From the NCBI GenBank assembly GCA_951406725.2, contig OX597817.1, positions 84,506,001 through 84,570,000 on the forward strand: a DNA stretch of 64,000 bases, given 5' to 3'. Positions 12,650 through 25,962 of the stretch are shown piece by piece (positions within the stretch are counted from its first letter, which is position 1; the number at the start of each line of letters is the position of its first letter). The notes beneath the pieces were generated by a model, which was given only the letters and a program-made list of their open reading frames with translations, was not told where the DNA came from and did no database searches. This stretch comes from Octopus vulgaris. Its lineage: Eukaryota. A program made the position numbers and the translations under genes.

Positions 12650-13440
12650 GGTAAATCCGATACTCGGGCGAGTGTAATTACTGCTCATATGAAGACAACA
12701 TACCAAATATTGGAAAAGTTGAGCTAAAGTGTGCAGTCAGATTACATACGAATATCTTTATATAAATACTTTAAATATTACACACCTTGCAGCATATCTA
12801 TTTAAACGATACATACACATATAAAGGAATAAGCCAAGTAACGTTACAAAACAGCTCGCGAAAAGAAAAGACACCGCTCAATGTGTACGTTTAAATACAA
12901 TTGTAGAACCTATGATAACGTCTCATAAAGCAAGATTTCTATATATCTTAAATTTATGGAAGAATTCGTGGGCGGTTAAGCTTAATGGTTCAGAGCACCG
13001 CGACGCGTAATCAGGGAGGTGTGAGTTCGAGTCTACCAGCCAGTCGCCAACACTTCTTACTTATCCTGGTACCTTATCCTGTCCAGGCTATATTATTAGC
13101 ATTATCCTGCGTTTGAGAATTTAAAATCACTTCTTAAACTTTCTAAGACATCTCAACGCTTCTAAAGCAAACTCCGTTTGTTTGTTTACGTTAATCGTAA
13201 TTACAATTATAGAATTTAAATCAACCTGAACGGAAAGATTACCCAAGTTCTGAACAACTTTAAATCTAATTCTGACAAAACTTTGTCGAAAATTTTAAAG
13301 GTCATTGTCTATTTTGAAAAGCAAACACAAACATCAGTGAACAGACAAAAACGTCATGGCTAAACGTAATCTCCTTCAACGAATTCATGATTAAAATCAC
13401 TGTATACAATGAACCAACTCTTAAGAAATATACATATGAG
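12650..13440 (+). repeat. Copy 2 of the ~500-bp direct repeat, interrupted by a ~293-bp insertion
   Basis: Matches 10715-11205 apart from 12909-13201. Confidence 0.8.
12909..13201 (+). mobile_element. Insertion containing a tRNA-like sequence (12971-13049), with 13-bp TSD
   Basis: TACAATT(G/A)TAGAA at 12896-12908 and 13202-13214; empty site at ~10967-10979; A/B boxes and GGCGGTT/AGTCGCC acceptor-like stem. Confidence 0.7.
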
Positions 13441-13724
13441 ACCCTTGATGTCGGTGTCTCAAATTATTCAGATTTAGAATATTTCACAAACTATTTTTGT
13501 TCGCTTATAGAGACGTATTGCAATTAAGAGGTGAGAAAAAACATTGTTTTCTTGTATCGTTTTTCTTTAAGTACATTGGTTGTTAGTGACTTCTTGTGTT
13601 CAGTAAATTAGGTTAAAAGCTTCTTACAATTCTGTCTATATCTTTTCAGTTACCGTAAATATGAAATTTTGATGCTCTGCTTCACATTTTCTAAGTATAC
13701 GAAGAAGTAAATTAATATCGGTTC

Positions 13725-14727
13725 CAGATTTTGACATAAGTTCGGCGGAGGGGGCAAATCGATTACGTTAATTCCAACTCAACTGATTCTTATTTAACTG
13801 GCTCTGAAAGGATGAATGGCAAAGTCGACTTCGGCGGAATTTCAACTCAGAAAGTGAAGACAGACGAAATACCTATTTCTTTACTACCCACAAGGGGCTA
13901 AACACAGAGAGGACAAACAAGGACAGACAAACGGATTAAGTCGATTATATCGACCCCAGTGCGTAAATGGTACTTATTTAATCGACCCCGAAAGGATGAA
14001 AGGCAAAGTCGAGCGCGGCGGAATTTGAACTCAGAACGTAACGGCTGACGAAACACCGCTAAGCATTTCGCTCGGCGCGCTAACGTTTCTGCCATCTCGC
14101 CGCTTTAAACAAGTAAATCAATATTAGTTTCAAATTTTGGCACAAGGCCAGTAACTTCGAGAGAAGGGTTATGTCGATTGCATTAATCCCAATGCTCAAC
14201 TGGTACTTATTTTATCGAACCCATAAAGAAGAAAGGTAAAGTCAACCTCGGCGAAATTTCAACTCAGAACATGAAAATGGACGAAATGCAGCTAAAACTT
14301 TTGCCCGGGGTGCTAATGATTATGCCAGCTCACCACTTTAAAGAATTAAATTACTATTATAACCAATAAATTATTACCACACCAGTTTGTTAATCAAGTA
14401 CAAATTTATAGAATTAATTTTATGTACTTACCCGCACTGCCGCTGTTTACTGTAAAATTAAAATAAACATATATTAATAATAATAATGGTATTAATAACA
14501 ATAACAACAATAATAATAATAATTTGACACAAGGCCGAGAATTTTGGGGGAGGAGCTAAGTCAATTACATCGACCCCAGTGCTCAACGGGTATTTATTTT
14601 ATCGACCCTAAAAAGGATAAAAGCCAAAGTCGACCTCTGCGGAATTTGAACTCAGAACGTAAAGATAGACGAAATACCGCTAAACATTTTGCCCGGTGTG
14701 CAAACAACTCTGCCTGCTCGCTGCCTT
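13725..14727 (-). mobile_element. Cluster of about four SINE family A copies
   Basis: Repeated GAAAGGCAAAGTCGACCTCGGCGGAATTTGAACTCAGAAC-like blocks. Confidence 0.85.
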
Positions 14728-14764
14728 AAAGTGCCTTAAAGTGGTGAATTACTTAAAGCGGTTC

Positions 14765-15136
14765 GTCCACGTCCCAATGGCACATTCAGAAATCCAGTCA
14801 GTACCCGTCAGATAGTTGAAAAATCTGAGCAGGCTTGCAAGACTTTTGCCACTCCACTCTTCTGACTGCTAGACTCACACAATCCAAACGTGTTTCCAAG
14901 ATGGCCCAATCACCCATTAGTACTAAAGGTTGAGACACTCTCAGGAAAACGTCCAGACGTCTAAAGAAATCTGGATGTCCTGATCATGTCGGAGCATAAA
15001 CAACCACCAGTCCGAAGGCACTCGTGTCGCTTCTATTCACATCCAGGACTATCAGCATCCCTTCTGGGTCCAGGAAGATAGTCCTTATCTTGAGTTCCAG
15101 ACCTTTGCAAAACAACACCGCAGTTCCAACCGCCCC
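14765..15136 (-). mobile_element. Tx1/L1-type LINE APE endonuclease fragment
   Basis: GTAVLFCKGLELKIRTIFLDPEGMLIVLDV...VVVYAPT...FFRRLDVFL...LVLMGDW. Confidence 0.8.
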
Positions 15137-16500
15137 TCATTTCCAGTTATCATGGAGATAAGTAAATCTCGTATTCACTGAAACTGATACCTTGAGAGTG
15201 CTATTCGTGTTTTCGGCGTGGATTGCTATGTGTTTTCGTTTGTTGAGACGTCTGAAATGTTGGTGGCTTTTGTAGGGTTGGAGATGTTTGCAATTGCTTT
15301 GGTTTAGGGTGTATGGGTGTGTGATGGTTTGTTGGTTTCTGTATCTCCTCTTCTGATCATCATGTAACGCGCTTTTCATTTTGTAATTTTTTTCTATTTT
15401 TTTCTTCGGGATCCATTCTGGTGGGTTTCCAAGACTTTTTCTTGCTAGATAAGTTTTCACAATCTGAAAATCTGTGGCAAGGAAAGGAACGTCTGCATAT
15501 CCACGCTGGTGGTTTGGTCCACTGGTGGGGTTGAGGCTTCTCTCGGTTGTAATGATGTAGGTGGCGTTATTGTTTTTCACGGGTGTGGTATCGGTGGTTA
15601 CTGCTGATGTTGAAAGATCTCTCTTGCTACTCTTTCTGTAGATGATGTTGTTTTGGTTTTGGATGCTGCTGCTCATAGCACTGATGCTGTTGATGTTGTT
15701 GGTGGTGCTGCTGTTGCTGTTGTTGTTGTGTTAGAGTTGTCTTTTCTTTGCATGGGGTAGAAAGCCTTTAAATAGTGTTTCGACACTAATTAGGCATCTT
15801 GGCTGCGTTCCATTAGATAGGCTGATCAGGTCAGGGATCACTTCGATATCTCAGGTCGGCATGTAAATACAATTCCATGCCCATGTCTGACCAATTCTCC
15901 TTTCCCATCTTGTGGACTTGTAGAGTTTTTCTTTCGTTTTCTATGCCGTATAATACGGCTGCTACCAGCTAAGAGATGTCCGCATCTGTTGGAACCTTTC
16001 TTTTAAAGACCCTCCAGCTGAGGTATGTCGGAATTAGCCAAAATTCCTCACTTTTGAAGGTTGTTGTTGCATATTCTTTGGCTAATTCTTCAGTTGAAAA
16101 CCTTATTGCAACTGTGTCAAAGTGTCTCTCTCGAGCAACATAAGTTTTTAGACCGACCTCAGGCATTTTTCGTTCTAAGTCTGCATCGCTCGCTCCAGTC
16201 TCCTCGTCTTTAAGGATGTACATTTATATATTATTTTTTTTTCATGTCTTCTTTCACCTCTTCCTGTATGTTAAGGAAGACTGTTCTCCCATCCTTCTCC
16301 CATCCTTTGTTGAGTGCCGCTTAGCGTCGTTCAATATTTTCAGTCAACTCGACTTTTGACATTTTCCGACAAGTTTGTGCGAAATCATTCCCATTCTGCT
16401 GAGAAAAAAGAACGACCGCTGTTGTCGTTGTGCAAGTGCTTGTAGTGAGGGGATGGTGATGGAAGTCGTGCTTGCGCCATCTTTAATAATAATAGCGAAG
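15137..16500 (-). mobile_element. Decayed LINE ORF1 (Tx1-like), related to 55340-56830
   Basis: TVAIRFSTEELAKEYATTTFKSEEFWLIPTY parallels TVCLLFDTPKEARKFANQPLEGKEILFLPTY. Confidence 0.6.
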
Positions 16501-17145
16501 TTCCGTCTGTCCAGTGTGGGGTCTCTGTATCTCAGCCTACATTTGCACTGGTATAATAGACATATTATACCTTTTTGGAATCAGAATGATCCCGGAATTG
16601 AAAATCTGCCCTTGATTTGGTTCTTGAACATCCAGCATTGGGATCTGATTTAAAAGCATTTAGGTTGCTATTTCTAGCAGCTAAAGCTTGGCTAATTCTT
16701 GCTATTTTAGGGGAATTTGTCATATGACGTCAGGGATCAGGGAGACAAACGCCTTTCGCTTCGTTAATTTTGCGTCGAGACAAATTGGCCAAAAGTTGAA
16801 ATTCAACTTGGGACTGGAACTAGTTCTCATCCGTCCTTAACATCTGATCAAACACCACAGGTGCATATAATTTTCATAGACGTATTATAGTCATACTATG
16901 TAGCTTTAGTTTTGGGTCGCAGGCCCAATTATCCCTCCGCGGGAGCCACCGCAAAAGTCTCCATGGAGTGCGGCTTTTAAGCTAGTTTTTAAACATACTT
17001 CACTCATCACTACTGCTGCTGTTTCTGTTGTTGTTGTTGTTGTTGCTGCTGCTGCTGCTGCTGTTACTGCTTTTGTTGTTGTTGCTACTGCTGCCGTTGT
17101 CCTTGCTTCGTTTCTCGATCACACCAACTAGTGGTGAGAAAACGA

Positions 17146-20004
17146 TGTCATAGCGGTTATTTCAACAGCCATCGCTTTCCTCGATTTAGGAGGCCATATT
17201 GATATTTTTATTTTAAAATATTAAAGTTTCACTTTTAAATTTCAAAATTGACCCTTAAAGGAAAAATTCTTGCCGGACTAGCTCGCTCCGCTTGCAGTGA
17301 GCTGGACTGTTGTTGCAGTGACAAAGTGGTATGAGAGCCACTAGAAGGCCAGTAGTTGTAGAATCGTTGTACGAGTTCTCAGCTGGAGTCAGTGTCAGTT
17401 ACGTGTTATATACAAGTTTGAGTTACCGTTAAGGTAGACGTTTCAAAGTCATTGTCTTGCGGGGCTGTCAGCGATAGCACGATAGACGAGTCAAAGATAA
17501 TAAAACGCGGAATACCGCCACAACATAATAGTAGCGACAAGAATATTACAGTGCCGACAATATCATACAAGTGGACGAAGATCCACATTCTAACAGTGGC
17601 GACAAGGATATAAACAATTCACGCGGACAACGTTGAAAACTTTTTCACAAGGAGAAATTAAAAACTTGACAGAGGAGTAACAAACGTTTCTGGAGTACAT
17701 ATTTTACAAAAATTCCGTAAAATTATGGAAAATTTGTTAGAGGATTTAGCTGAGTTACAAAAACAGCAACACCAACTCAAAGAACAAGAACAACAACAAA
17801 TGATACAGCAACAAATGCTACAACTAACGAAGTTGGTAACAAAACCGAAAAATTCGCCAGACCATGTAGCAAATTCAATGAATGAATTTAGATATGTCCC
17901 AGAAGAAGGAATCACTTTCGGGGCATATTACCGAAGATTTGAACAAGACTAAATGGAGGAAATTTTTTCTCGAAGCTAGACCTCTCGGCTACCTATCTAC
18001 AAATACCTTTTAACAATCAACACACATCATGGATTGTGTAAATTCAAGCGGATTCCTTTTGGAGTAAAAATAGCACTTGTCATATTCCAACAAGTGGTGG
18101 ACGCAATGCTAAGCGATTGCGACTTCGTTATGACTTATCTCGATGATATTTTGATAAAGGGCGAGTCAGTGAAGCAACACTTCGAACATATTAAAAAAAC
18201 TATTCGGGAAAATAAATGAATATGGTTTTAGACTAACAGAGGAAAAGTGTGTATTGTTTTAAGTAATAGATCAAATATTTGGGTCAAGTAATTGACGAAA
18301 GGAGACGAAAGCTAGACCCATCAAGGGCGACGGCAATACGGAATATGCTTCCCCCAACGAACGTCAAATTGTTACAAGCATTTTTAGGCTTGGTAAACTA
18401 CTATCAAGTATATATCCCGAACATACACAACACAAGGGCTCCACTAAAGGAGCTGTTAAAAAGGACGCCAAATGGTTTTGGTCAGAAAAATGCCAGAAGG
18501 CATTTGAGGAACTAAAAGCATGTTACCCTCAAACCTGTCGCTTGTACACTTTGATCCGAAGTTGGAAACGATACTAGCAAAAAGATGCTAGTGAGTACGG
18601 GGTAGGTGCTGTGCTCCTACACAAATGTGAAGATGGCAACCGAAAGGCCGTAGCTCACGCGTCAAGGACGCTATTGCCAGCGGAAAAAAATTATAGCTAA
18701 ATTGTAAGAGACATTGGCGATTATATTTGGCATAAAAAAGTTCTACAAACTTATACACGATATACGGTTTAGACAACAAACAGACCATCGCCCGTTGCTA
18801 ACGATTTATAGATCCAAGAAAGGAATCCCAATACATACAGCAAACAGTTTGCAGTGATGGGGCACCATACTACTAAGCTACGACTACGCAATAGAATATT
18901 TACCTTCGAAAAAGCTAGGACATGCCAATGGCCTATCCAATGGCCTATCCAGGTTAATACCCAGAAATGGTGAGCCATTCAAGGACACAGTAATAGCAGC
19001 CCTAAGAAACGAAGGGGAAATTAAATACATAATGTGGAGCATTGTAAGAGAGTAACCAATAACTCTGAAGGAAATAAAGCGACATGCGTCAAAAGATAAG
19101 TTCATTAATGAAACACAATGAACTTTAGCTGTGGTCAGCTAAAGAAAACAAAAATAGGTTCGGTAAGAAAAAACAGCAACAGATAAATATATATTCAACA
19201 TGCAACGGTATACTGAAGCATGGCCAAAGGATAATGATACCTGAAACTTTACAAAAAATAATATTGAAAGAACTACATATTGGACAACTGTGAATCGCAA
19301 GGATGAAGGCGCTTATGCGCAATTATGTGTATTTGCCGAAGATGGGCAAAGAACTTGAAAACGTAAAATGCGACAGAGGATGTGCTCTGGCAGCGAAACT
19401 GCCTACTCAAAAATAGGAATGTTGACCAGAAGTAAAAATTCCATGGTCAAGACTACATATCGATTTTGCGGGTTTGTTAAATGGTTATTACTATTTAGTA
19501 TTAGTTGACAGTTTTACAAAATGGCCGAAAATTGTTAAGAGCAAAAGACCAACCTACGAAACGGTAAAAAAAATTTTGTACGAATTATTCGCAAGACGTT
19601 GATTGTATCCAGTGGATTTAGAAAATTCTGTGAAATGTTCACGTTAGAAGATAAAACAATAGCCTTACCATCCCAGATCAAATGGACAGGCAGAGCGTTT
19701 TGTGGACATTGTTAAAAGAGCTTTGAGAAAAGCAAACAAGGAAGTCTGCAGCAATTCCTAAGGGTATACAGGGTGACACCAAGCCCCAGTACACCTGCAG
19801 GAAGCTTACCAACTGAATTGATGTTCGCGAGGAAGGTGAAATCAGTTTTTGATTAAACTGTCACCTAGCGTGAACAGAAAAAAGTATCAGGAAAGACAAT
19901 CTAAACTTTTTCAAAATTGGTGATAAAGTGTATATGAGGTCGTATAAAAACGGAAGAATATTACAATGCCGACAATAACATACAAGCGGACGAGGATCCA
20001 CATT
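17146..20004 (+). mobile_element. Internally deleted Gypsy LTR retrotransposon (5' LTR ~17146-17595, primer-binding site (PBS), gag stub, RT-RNaseH-integrase, ~50-bp 3' LTR remnant)
   Basis: TG start; AATAAA; TAACA-G-TGGCGACAAGGA; FSKLDLS..YLQI, RIPFGVK, YLDDILI, DASEYGVGAVL, PWSRLHIDFAG, SNGQAERFV; 17539-17589 repeated at 19954-20004. Confidence 0.9.
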
Positions 20005-20112
20005 ATCGCAATTGATTAGTTAACTGTTCAACAAAATTTGAATATCAACAAATAAAACAGCTTTTAAAGAAAACTTATGTCACGAACACGTGTCCTCTTC
20101 TTCTAGGCACAA

Positions 20113-20213
20113 AGAAGAAGAAGAAGAAGAAGAAGAAGAAGAAGAAGAAGAAGAAGAAGAAGAAGAAGAAGAAGAAGAAGAAGAAGAAGAAGAAGAAGAA
20201 GAAGAAGAAGAAG

Positions 20214-20255
<42 letters not shown>

Positions 20256-20257
20256 AA
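20113..20257. repeat. (AAG)n(AAC)n microsatellite
   Basis: Directly visible. Confidence 0.97.
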
Positions 20258-20463
20258 TCCTTTCTACTAAAGGCACAAGGCCTGAAATAAATTCTGGGGA
20301 ATGGGGGCTAGTCAATTACATCAACTCCAGTGTTTCACTGGTACTTAATTTATCGACCCCGAAAGGATGAAAAGCGGAAATTTGAACTCAGAACGTAGCG
20401 ACGGACGAAATGCCGCTAAGAATTTTGCCCGGTGTGCTAACAATCCTGCCAGCTCGCCGTCTT
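20258..20463 (-). mobile_element. SINE family A
   Basis: Same core as 2021-2253. Confidence 0.85.
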
Positions 20464-21880
20464 AATAATAATAATAATAACGATGATGATGATGATGATG
20501 ATAATGATGATGATGATGATGATGATGACGACGACGATGATGATCTCTATATAATAGTAACATAAATTTTGGTTGGTTTATCGATTGAAGAGGAAGAGAG
20601 AGAGAATAGAGAAATAGAGGTAACATAAACTTGGAGGCAGACAATTAGTAAAATTGAGAGGAGGAGGGGCATGGGAAGAGGAGGGACAGGGGAAGGGAGG
20701 GGAGGGGAGGGATAGGGGAGGAGCAGGGGAGGAAGAGGTGGAGCAGGAAGAGGAGCAAGAGGGTTGATTAAGTGACAGAATATTTATACTAATAAGAAAT
20801 TTACTACCATTTTAAGGTAATATTTTTCTTTTGAAAATTAGTATTCAATTCATCATTTTGTTTAAGTACGAAGAAATATGATAAATTACTGTATATATAA
20901 TATATATATGTCATATTTTATTATATGATTCATGATGTCAAAAGTATACTTCCAAAGTTACCAATCATATAGTGATAACATTCTAATAGTAATTATAAAA
21001 GTAATTATAGTATTTTCTTCATTAGCCGCAAGGGCTCAAAGACGTAGGAAAACAACAAAGAAACGTTACAAAGATATATACGGTGGGATGGATAAGTTAT
21101 ACAAAGACAAAGGATGGTTGGAAGACGAATTAAAAGTTTAAAAAATATAAATATTTGTACGGAATAATTTTTTTTAAAAGTACGGCAGCACACGCAAGAT
21201 ATCGATATACAAATTGGAACAACCAGTTGCGTTGAACAGGATTGTCTTCTTCCTTGGTTCATCTGCCAATCTGTTTTCTTCTTGTAGTGCTCATAGCTGT
21301 AGATTTCAAAGTCTTCCATGTGAAATTCTTGAGTTAAAGTGGACATTTAAGGATTCACACCCTCTGGATCGTCACCGAAGTTCCTGACAAGCTAGTGCCC
21401 TTCTTTTCCCACATGCTATGGAACCGACTTGTGGGCAGGTGTGTCGCGTAAAATTTGGACTTGCGATTCCTCCCCATCTCTTGTTTTAAAGATGATACTT
21501 AAGCTTCATAAATCCTCTTTTCTTTCCCTTTTCTCCCTCTTTCTTTCTTCCTTTCTCACTCTCTTCCTTTTTCTCTCCATCTCTCTCTTTCTCTCTTTCT
21601 GTCTTAATATTATATAAACGCCAGGGCTATCCTCAACTTTTACTTGGATGTAACAAGAAACTTCCTTTGGTTTTGACAAAACACAGGTATGTTGCGCTCC
21701 TCACGCTTGCCTCAGTGATGGATTGTGGTAGGCTGGCTTATGTACGAAATGATTCTATGGTTACGATCTTTCAGTAAAATATTCCATATCAAGAGTTTTT
21801 GTTTAAAAGAACTTTTGCAAAAGATAGCTTTTCGTTATTTATGCTTAAACCTGACGCAATAAATACTGCTATAATTGTTG

Positions 21881-21912
<32 letters not shown>

Positions 21913-22472
21913 GGTGGTGGTGGTAGTAGTGGTGGTGCAGGTGGTTTTACAGGATACATATAATGTTGATAACAGTGAAGATACTGCAAATGATGAATAT
22001 GGTGTTAATTACAGTCACATATTTGTAATGGCTGGTTTTAATTAATTAAATCGTTCTTCAGATAATACTTGAACAATAGTACCAGATATATAATGGTATC
22101 GAGCGAATTCTTGTTGTTGTTGCTGTCGTAGTCGCTGTTGTTGTTGTTGTTATCAAGCGTGTTATTCATTATGCTATGCTTTTTCCTTTTCTGTTATTTG
22201 TTTATGTGTTTATTAATTTGCTTTACAGTTCGTTTTCTTTCCTTTGGTGATTATTTAGTTTACAGTTATCTAAGATGCAGATCCAATGAAAGAAGAAGCC
22301 ATATTTTGCTGCAGTATCAGATGGCATATATTTTTTGAAAACGATCTTCTTACCTAATCCCAGTAATGTTCAAAAACAACCACAAAGTAAGATAAGACCA
22401 AAATGAGGAAAGATTCTGTCAATTACACTTGTAAAACAACGGGCAAAGTCGGTGGGATGGGCAAAGTGGGAC

Positions 22473-22634
<162 letters not shown>

Positions 22635-22649
22635 CTATTGTATATGAAT

Positions 22650-24400
22650 GAGAAGATCTTAGATAAGGTACGCGTAGGAAAGAAGTTAGCAGTTGACTCG
22701 ATAGATTACAAGAAGGCTTACGACGATGTTCCACAGCTGGTTCATTGAGTGATTGAAGACACTTGGAGTCAATGAGAATATAAACAGCTGTTTAGAAAAA
22801 GTAATGTGAGTGTGGGAAGTAGAACTAATAAACGCAAATGAACCGCTAGGAAATATGAAATGCGCAGTGCAATTTTCTACGGAGACTCACACTCTCTGCT
22901 GCTCTTCGTCATGTCGTTAATCCATCTGACATGTATACTGAGAAAATCCAGGCGTGCCTATGAGTTTACCAAAATCTAGGCGAAAATAAATCACCTGCTT
23001 TATATAGATGACCTGGATTCTCTGAATCAAACAGTAAGAGTATTCACCAAGGATACTGGAATGCAGTTTGGAGTAAATAAGGGCACTCTGATAACTTTGA
23101 AGAGAGACTAGAAGATAAAATCTAATAGTAACATCATTAGATCGTTGCGGAATAATGAGAATACAAATACATCATGTTGCTGCAAGACAATAGTATAATG
23201 AAAGGAGAAATGAGAGATGAAATGCCTGTAGAAGTTCGATAGAATTAGGAAGGTGCACGAAACTAAAGTAAATTATGGGAATATCATTAAAGCAATAAAT
23301 ATGGACAATGCCAGTATTAAGACACACTAATCCCTTTCTGAAATGGGCAAAGGTCGAGCTACAGAACTTGGATAGAAGAACTAGAAAGTTGCTCACAATT
23401 CCCAAGGCATACCACTATAGAAGTAATACCGACATGCTCTACTTACCAAGAAAGGAAGGGGGAGGAGGAAGAGGGGGATTACTAAGTGCAGAAGACACCG
23501 CTAGTATTATGATATTGGGGATTGAAAATAGTTGTGCAGAGTGAAGAAAGAACACTAGGAGAATCCAAAATGATAAGGAAGAACAACAGAGCAAGCAAAG
23601 GAAAAGTCATGGAATTGCATGGCCAATTGATGCAACACACCAAGAATGTTGGAAGCAAATAATGTTGGCTATGGCTGACGGACGGAAACCTAAAACGGGA
23701 GACCGAAGTGCTAATTATAGCCGCTCAGGAGCATGCCACTAGAAAGAAAATCTGATAAAGGCAAAGTTTGACAAAACTCAGCTAAATAGCAAATGTAGAT
23801 TCTGCAGGAAAGGAGTCGAAAGGACCAATCATCTCTTGGGAGAGTGCAGTATGCTAGCACGAAAAGAATATAAGCACAAGCATGACTGTGTAATTAAAAG
23901 AGTGCATTGGGATGCTTACTGAGTGTGTAGCTTCGAAATAACAGGAAGCTATGGACACGAACCAATGGGTGTGATAGAAAATGAGAATTATAGGTACTTA
24001 TGGGACTTCCCCAAACTGAATGGCTATACTATTGAAGGAAGAAAACCGGGTGTGATCATAGAGGACAAAATAAACAAATAGCGTAAGGTCACAGACTTTG
24101 CAATTCCTTGTGATAGCAGAGCCAATACCAAAGAAATTTTAAAAACTGAAAAATATCATTATCTAGCCAGAGAGCTAAAAAGACTGTGGAAGACTAAGGC
24201 AACAATAATGTTTATAGTAATTGATGCGCTTAATATAACACCCAAAATGCTACCTAAAAGACTGAAAGATATTGGAGTTGAGTCTCGCATTGTTGACCTC
24301 CAGAAAAGTACCTTCATATATTCTGCAAGAATCTTAAGAAAAGTTCTTCAGATCTGAGGAGACTTGTTGACACCAAACTTCAAGATAATATTACTGCTCA
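22650..24400 (+). mobile_element. 5'-truncated R4/Dong-type (restriction-like endonuclease) LINE, decayed
   Basis: IDYKKAYDDVP; INHLLYIDDL; DTGMQFGVNK; DMLYLPRKEGG..GRGGL; CRFC...HLLGEC; HD; DFAIP; KY..LARELKRLW; ARILRKVLQI*. Confidence 0.9.
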
Positions 24401-24737
24401 CTAAATTAGTATATACTAGATTGATAGCAATGAGAAGAAGGATAATGATATGGTATTAATTAATTACTGTCACATATTTGTAATGGCGTTGCTATAATTA
24501 ATTGAATCGATCTTCATTTATCACTTGATCATTAGTACCAGATTTATAATGGTATCGAACGAATTATACATATTTATAGAGGGAGATTATACATTGTCTC
24601 TCGACAAATTTATAGCCTTGAATCAAAGATGGAAACTCACTTCGTCATCGTCATCGTCATCGTGGTTGTCATCGTCGTCATTACTATCATCATCACTATT
24701 GTCATTCGCTTTGCCATTACCATTATTATCATCACAG

Positions 24738-25125
24738 TGTAAGGTGGCGAGCTGGCAGAATCTCCGAGCAAAAATGCTTAGCAGCACTTTGTCTGTCCTT
24801 ACGTTCTGAGTTCAAATTCCGCCAAGGTCGACTTTATCCTTTCAGGGTTGATAAAATAAGTACCAATTGAGCACTGGCCTTGATGTAATCCCTCCCATGA
24901 ATTAGCTGTCCTTGTGCCAAACTTTGAAACCATTATTATCATCACAGTCTGGGCAGTCGGTTGGTAGAATCGATAAAGCGTTGGAAAAAGTGTCTGGCGA
25001 CCTGCCGGAATCAACTTTGCCTTTCATTCATAGTCGATAAAATAAAGTACCAATCAAGTACTGGGGCCGATAGTATTGACAAACTCTCTCCCCTAAAAAT
25101 TGCTGTCCCGCCGCCTAAATTATAT
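24738..25125. mobile_element. Degenerate SINE family A copies
   Basis: GGCGAGCTGGCAGAATC...GTTCAAATTCCGCCAAGGTCGACTT and a second core at ~25010-25060. Confidence 0.7.
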
Positions 25126-25802
25126 AACATTATTTTTCCCAGTTAAAAGGAAAGAGGAAAATTGCTACAAAGTGTTAAACTGAATGAGAAAATAAATCAT
25201 TTCATCTTAAAACAACTAAAATATATGACAACAGTTTTCTTCAAGAGTGACGTTTTAAGTTAAGTTCACAGATTCAAGCAACGGATATATTCGTCAAATA
25301 CGGCAAGAATGTGTTGAGTCTGAACAAGTGTTAAATCACATTTATTTACTAACGCCTTTACTGTCGAAAGAAGGAAATAGTGTATAAGGTCCACGGACAA
25401 CTCGATATTTTATAATGGTGTCATAGAAATGTGATAATATCGGAAAATGCTGAAAAAATAATCACGTGAGAATACTCTAACGTAATATTTTCTTTTGAAA
25501 GATAGAAAAAAAATTGGAAATCGAACACAAAGCTTTGTTTTTAATATTATAAAAACAAAATAAATAAATTAACGGATAGTTAATGTATTAAGAAAATAAA
25601 TAACGATACTAAAAATAACTAATTACAAACATTTATTGAATCAACTAATAAACAATTGAACTCAATCCTTAGAACATAATAAGAAGGGAATGTAAGAAAA
25701 CAGAAAATCTGGTAATAAAACGTGCAATAATAACAAATAAATTCTATCTAGAAAAAATGCCAAGTTCCTTCTTAATTTAAAAACTGTAGTTTCTAAGTGT
25801 AG

Positions 25803-25962
25803 CTGCCTTTCGATGGTGTGTATATGTCAACTGTGATACACAGATGACTACTTTAATTGCCTTTCAACGGTGCATATAGAATAAGTATGATACATGGATG
25901 GCTACTTTAAGTGTCTTTCAATAATGTATTTACGTTAAGTATGACACACAGACGATTATTGT
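25803..25962. repeat. Degenerate ~55-bp tandem repeat, three copies
   Basis: TGCCTTTC...TGATACACAGATGACTACTTTAA-like units. Confidence 0.55.

Noticed and set aside
12971-13049. Functional tRNA gene
   Set aside because: Anticodon and T stems are disrupted, and it sits inside a TSD-flanked insertion.
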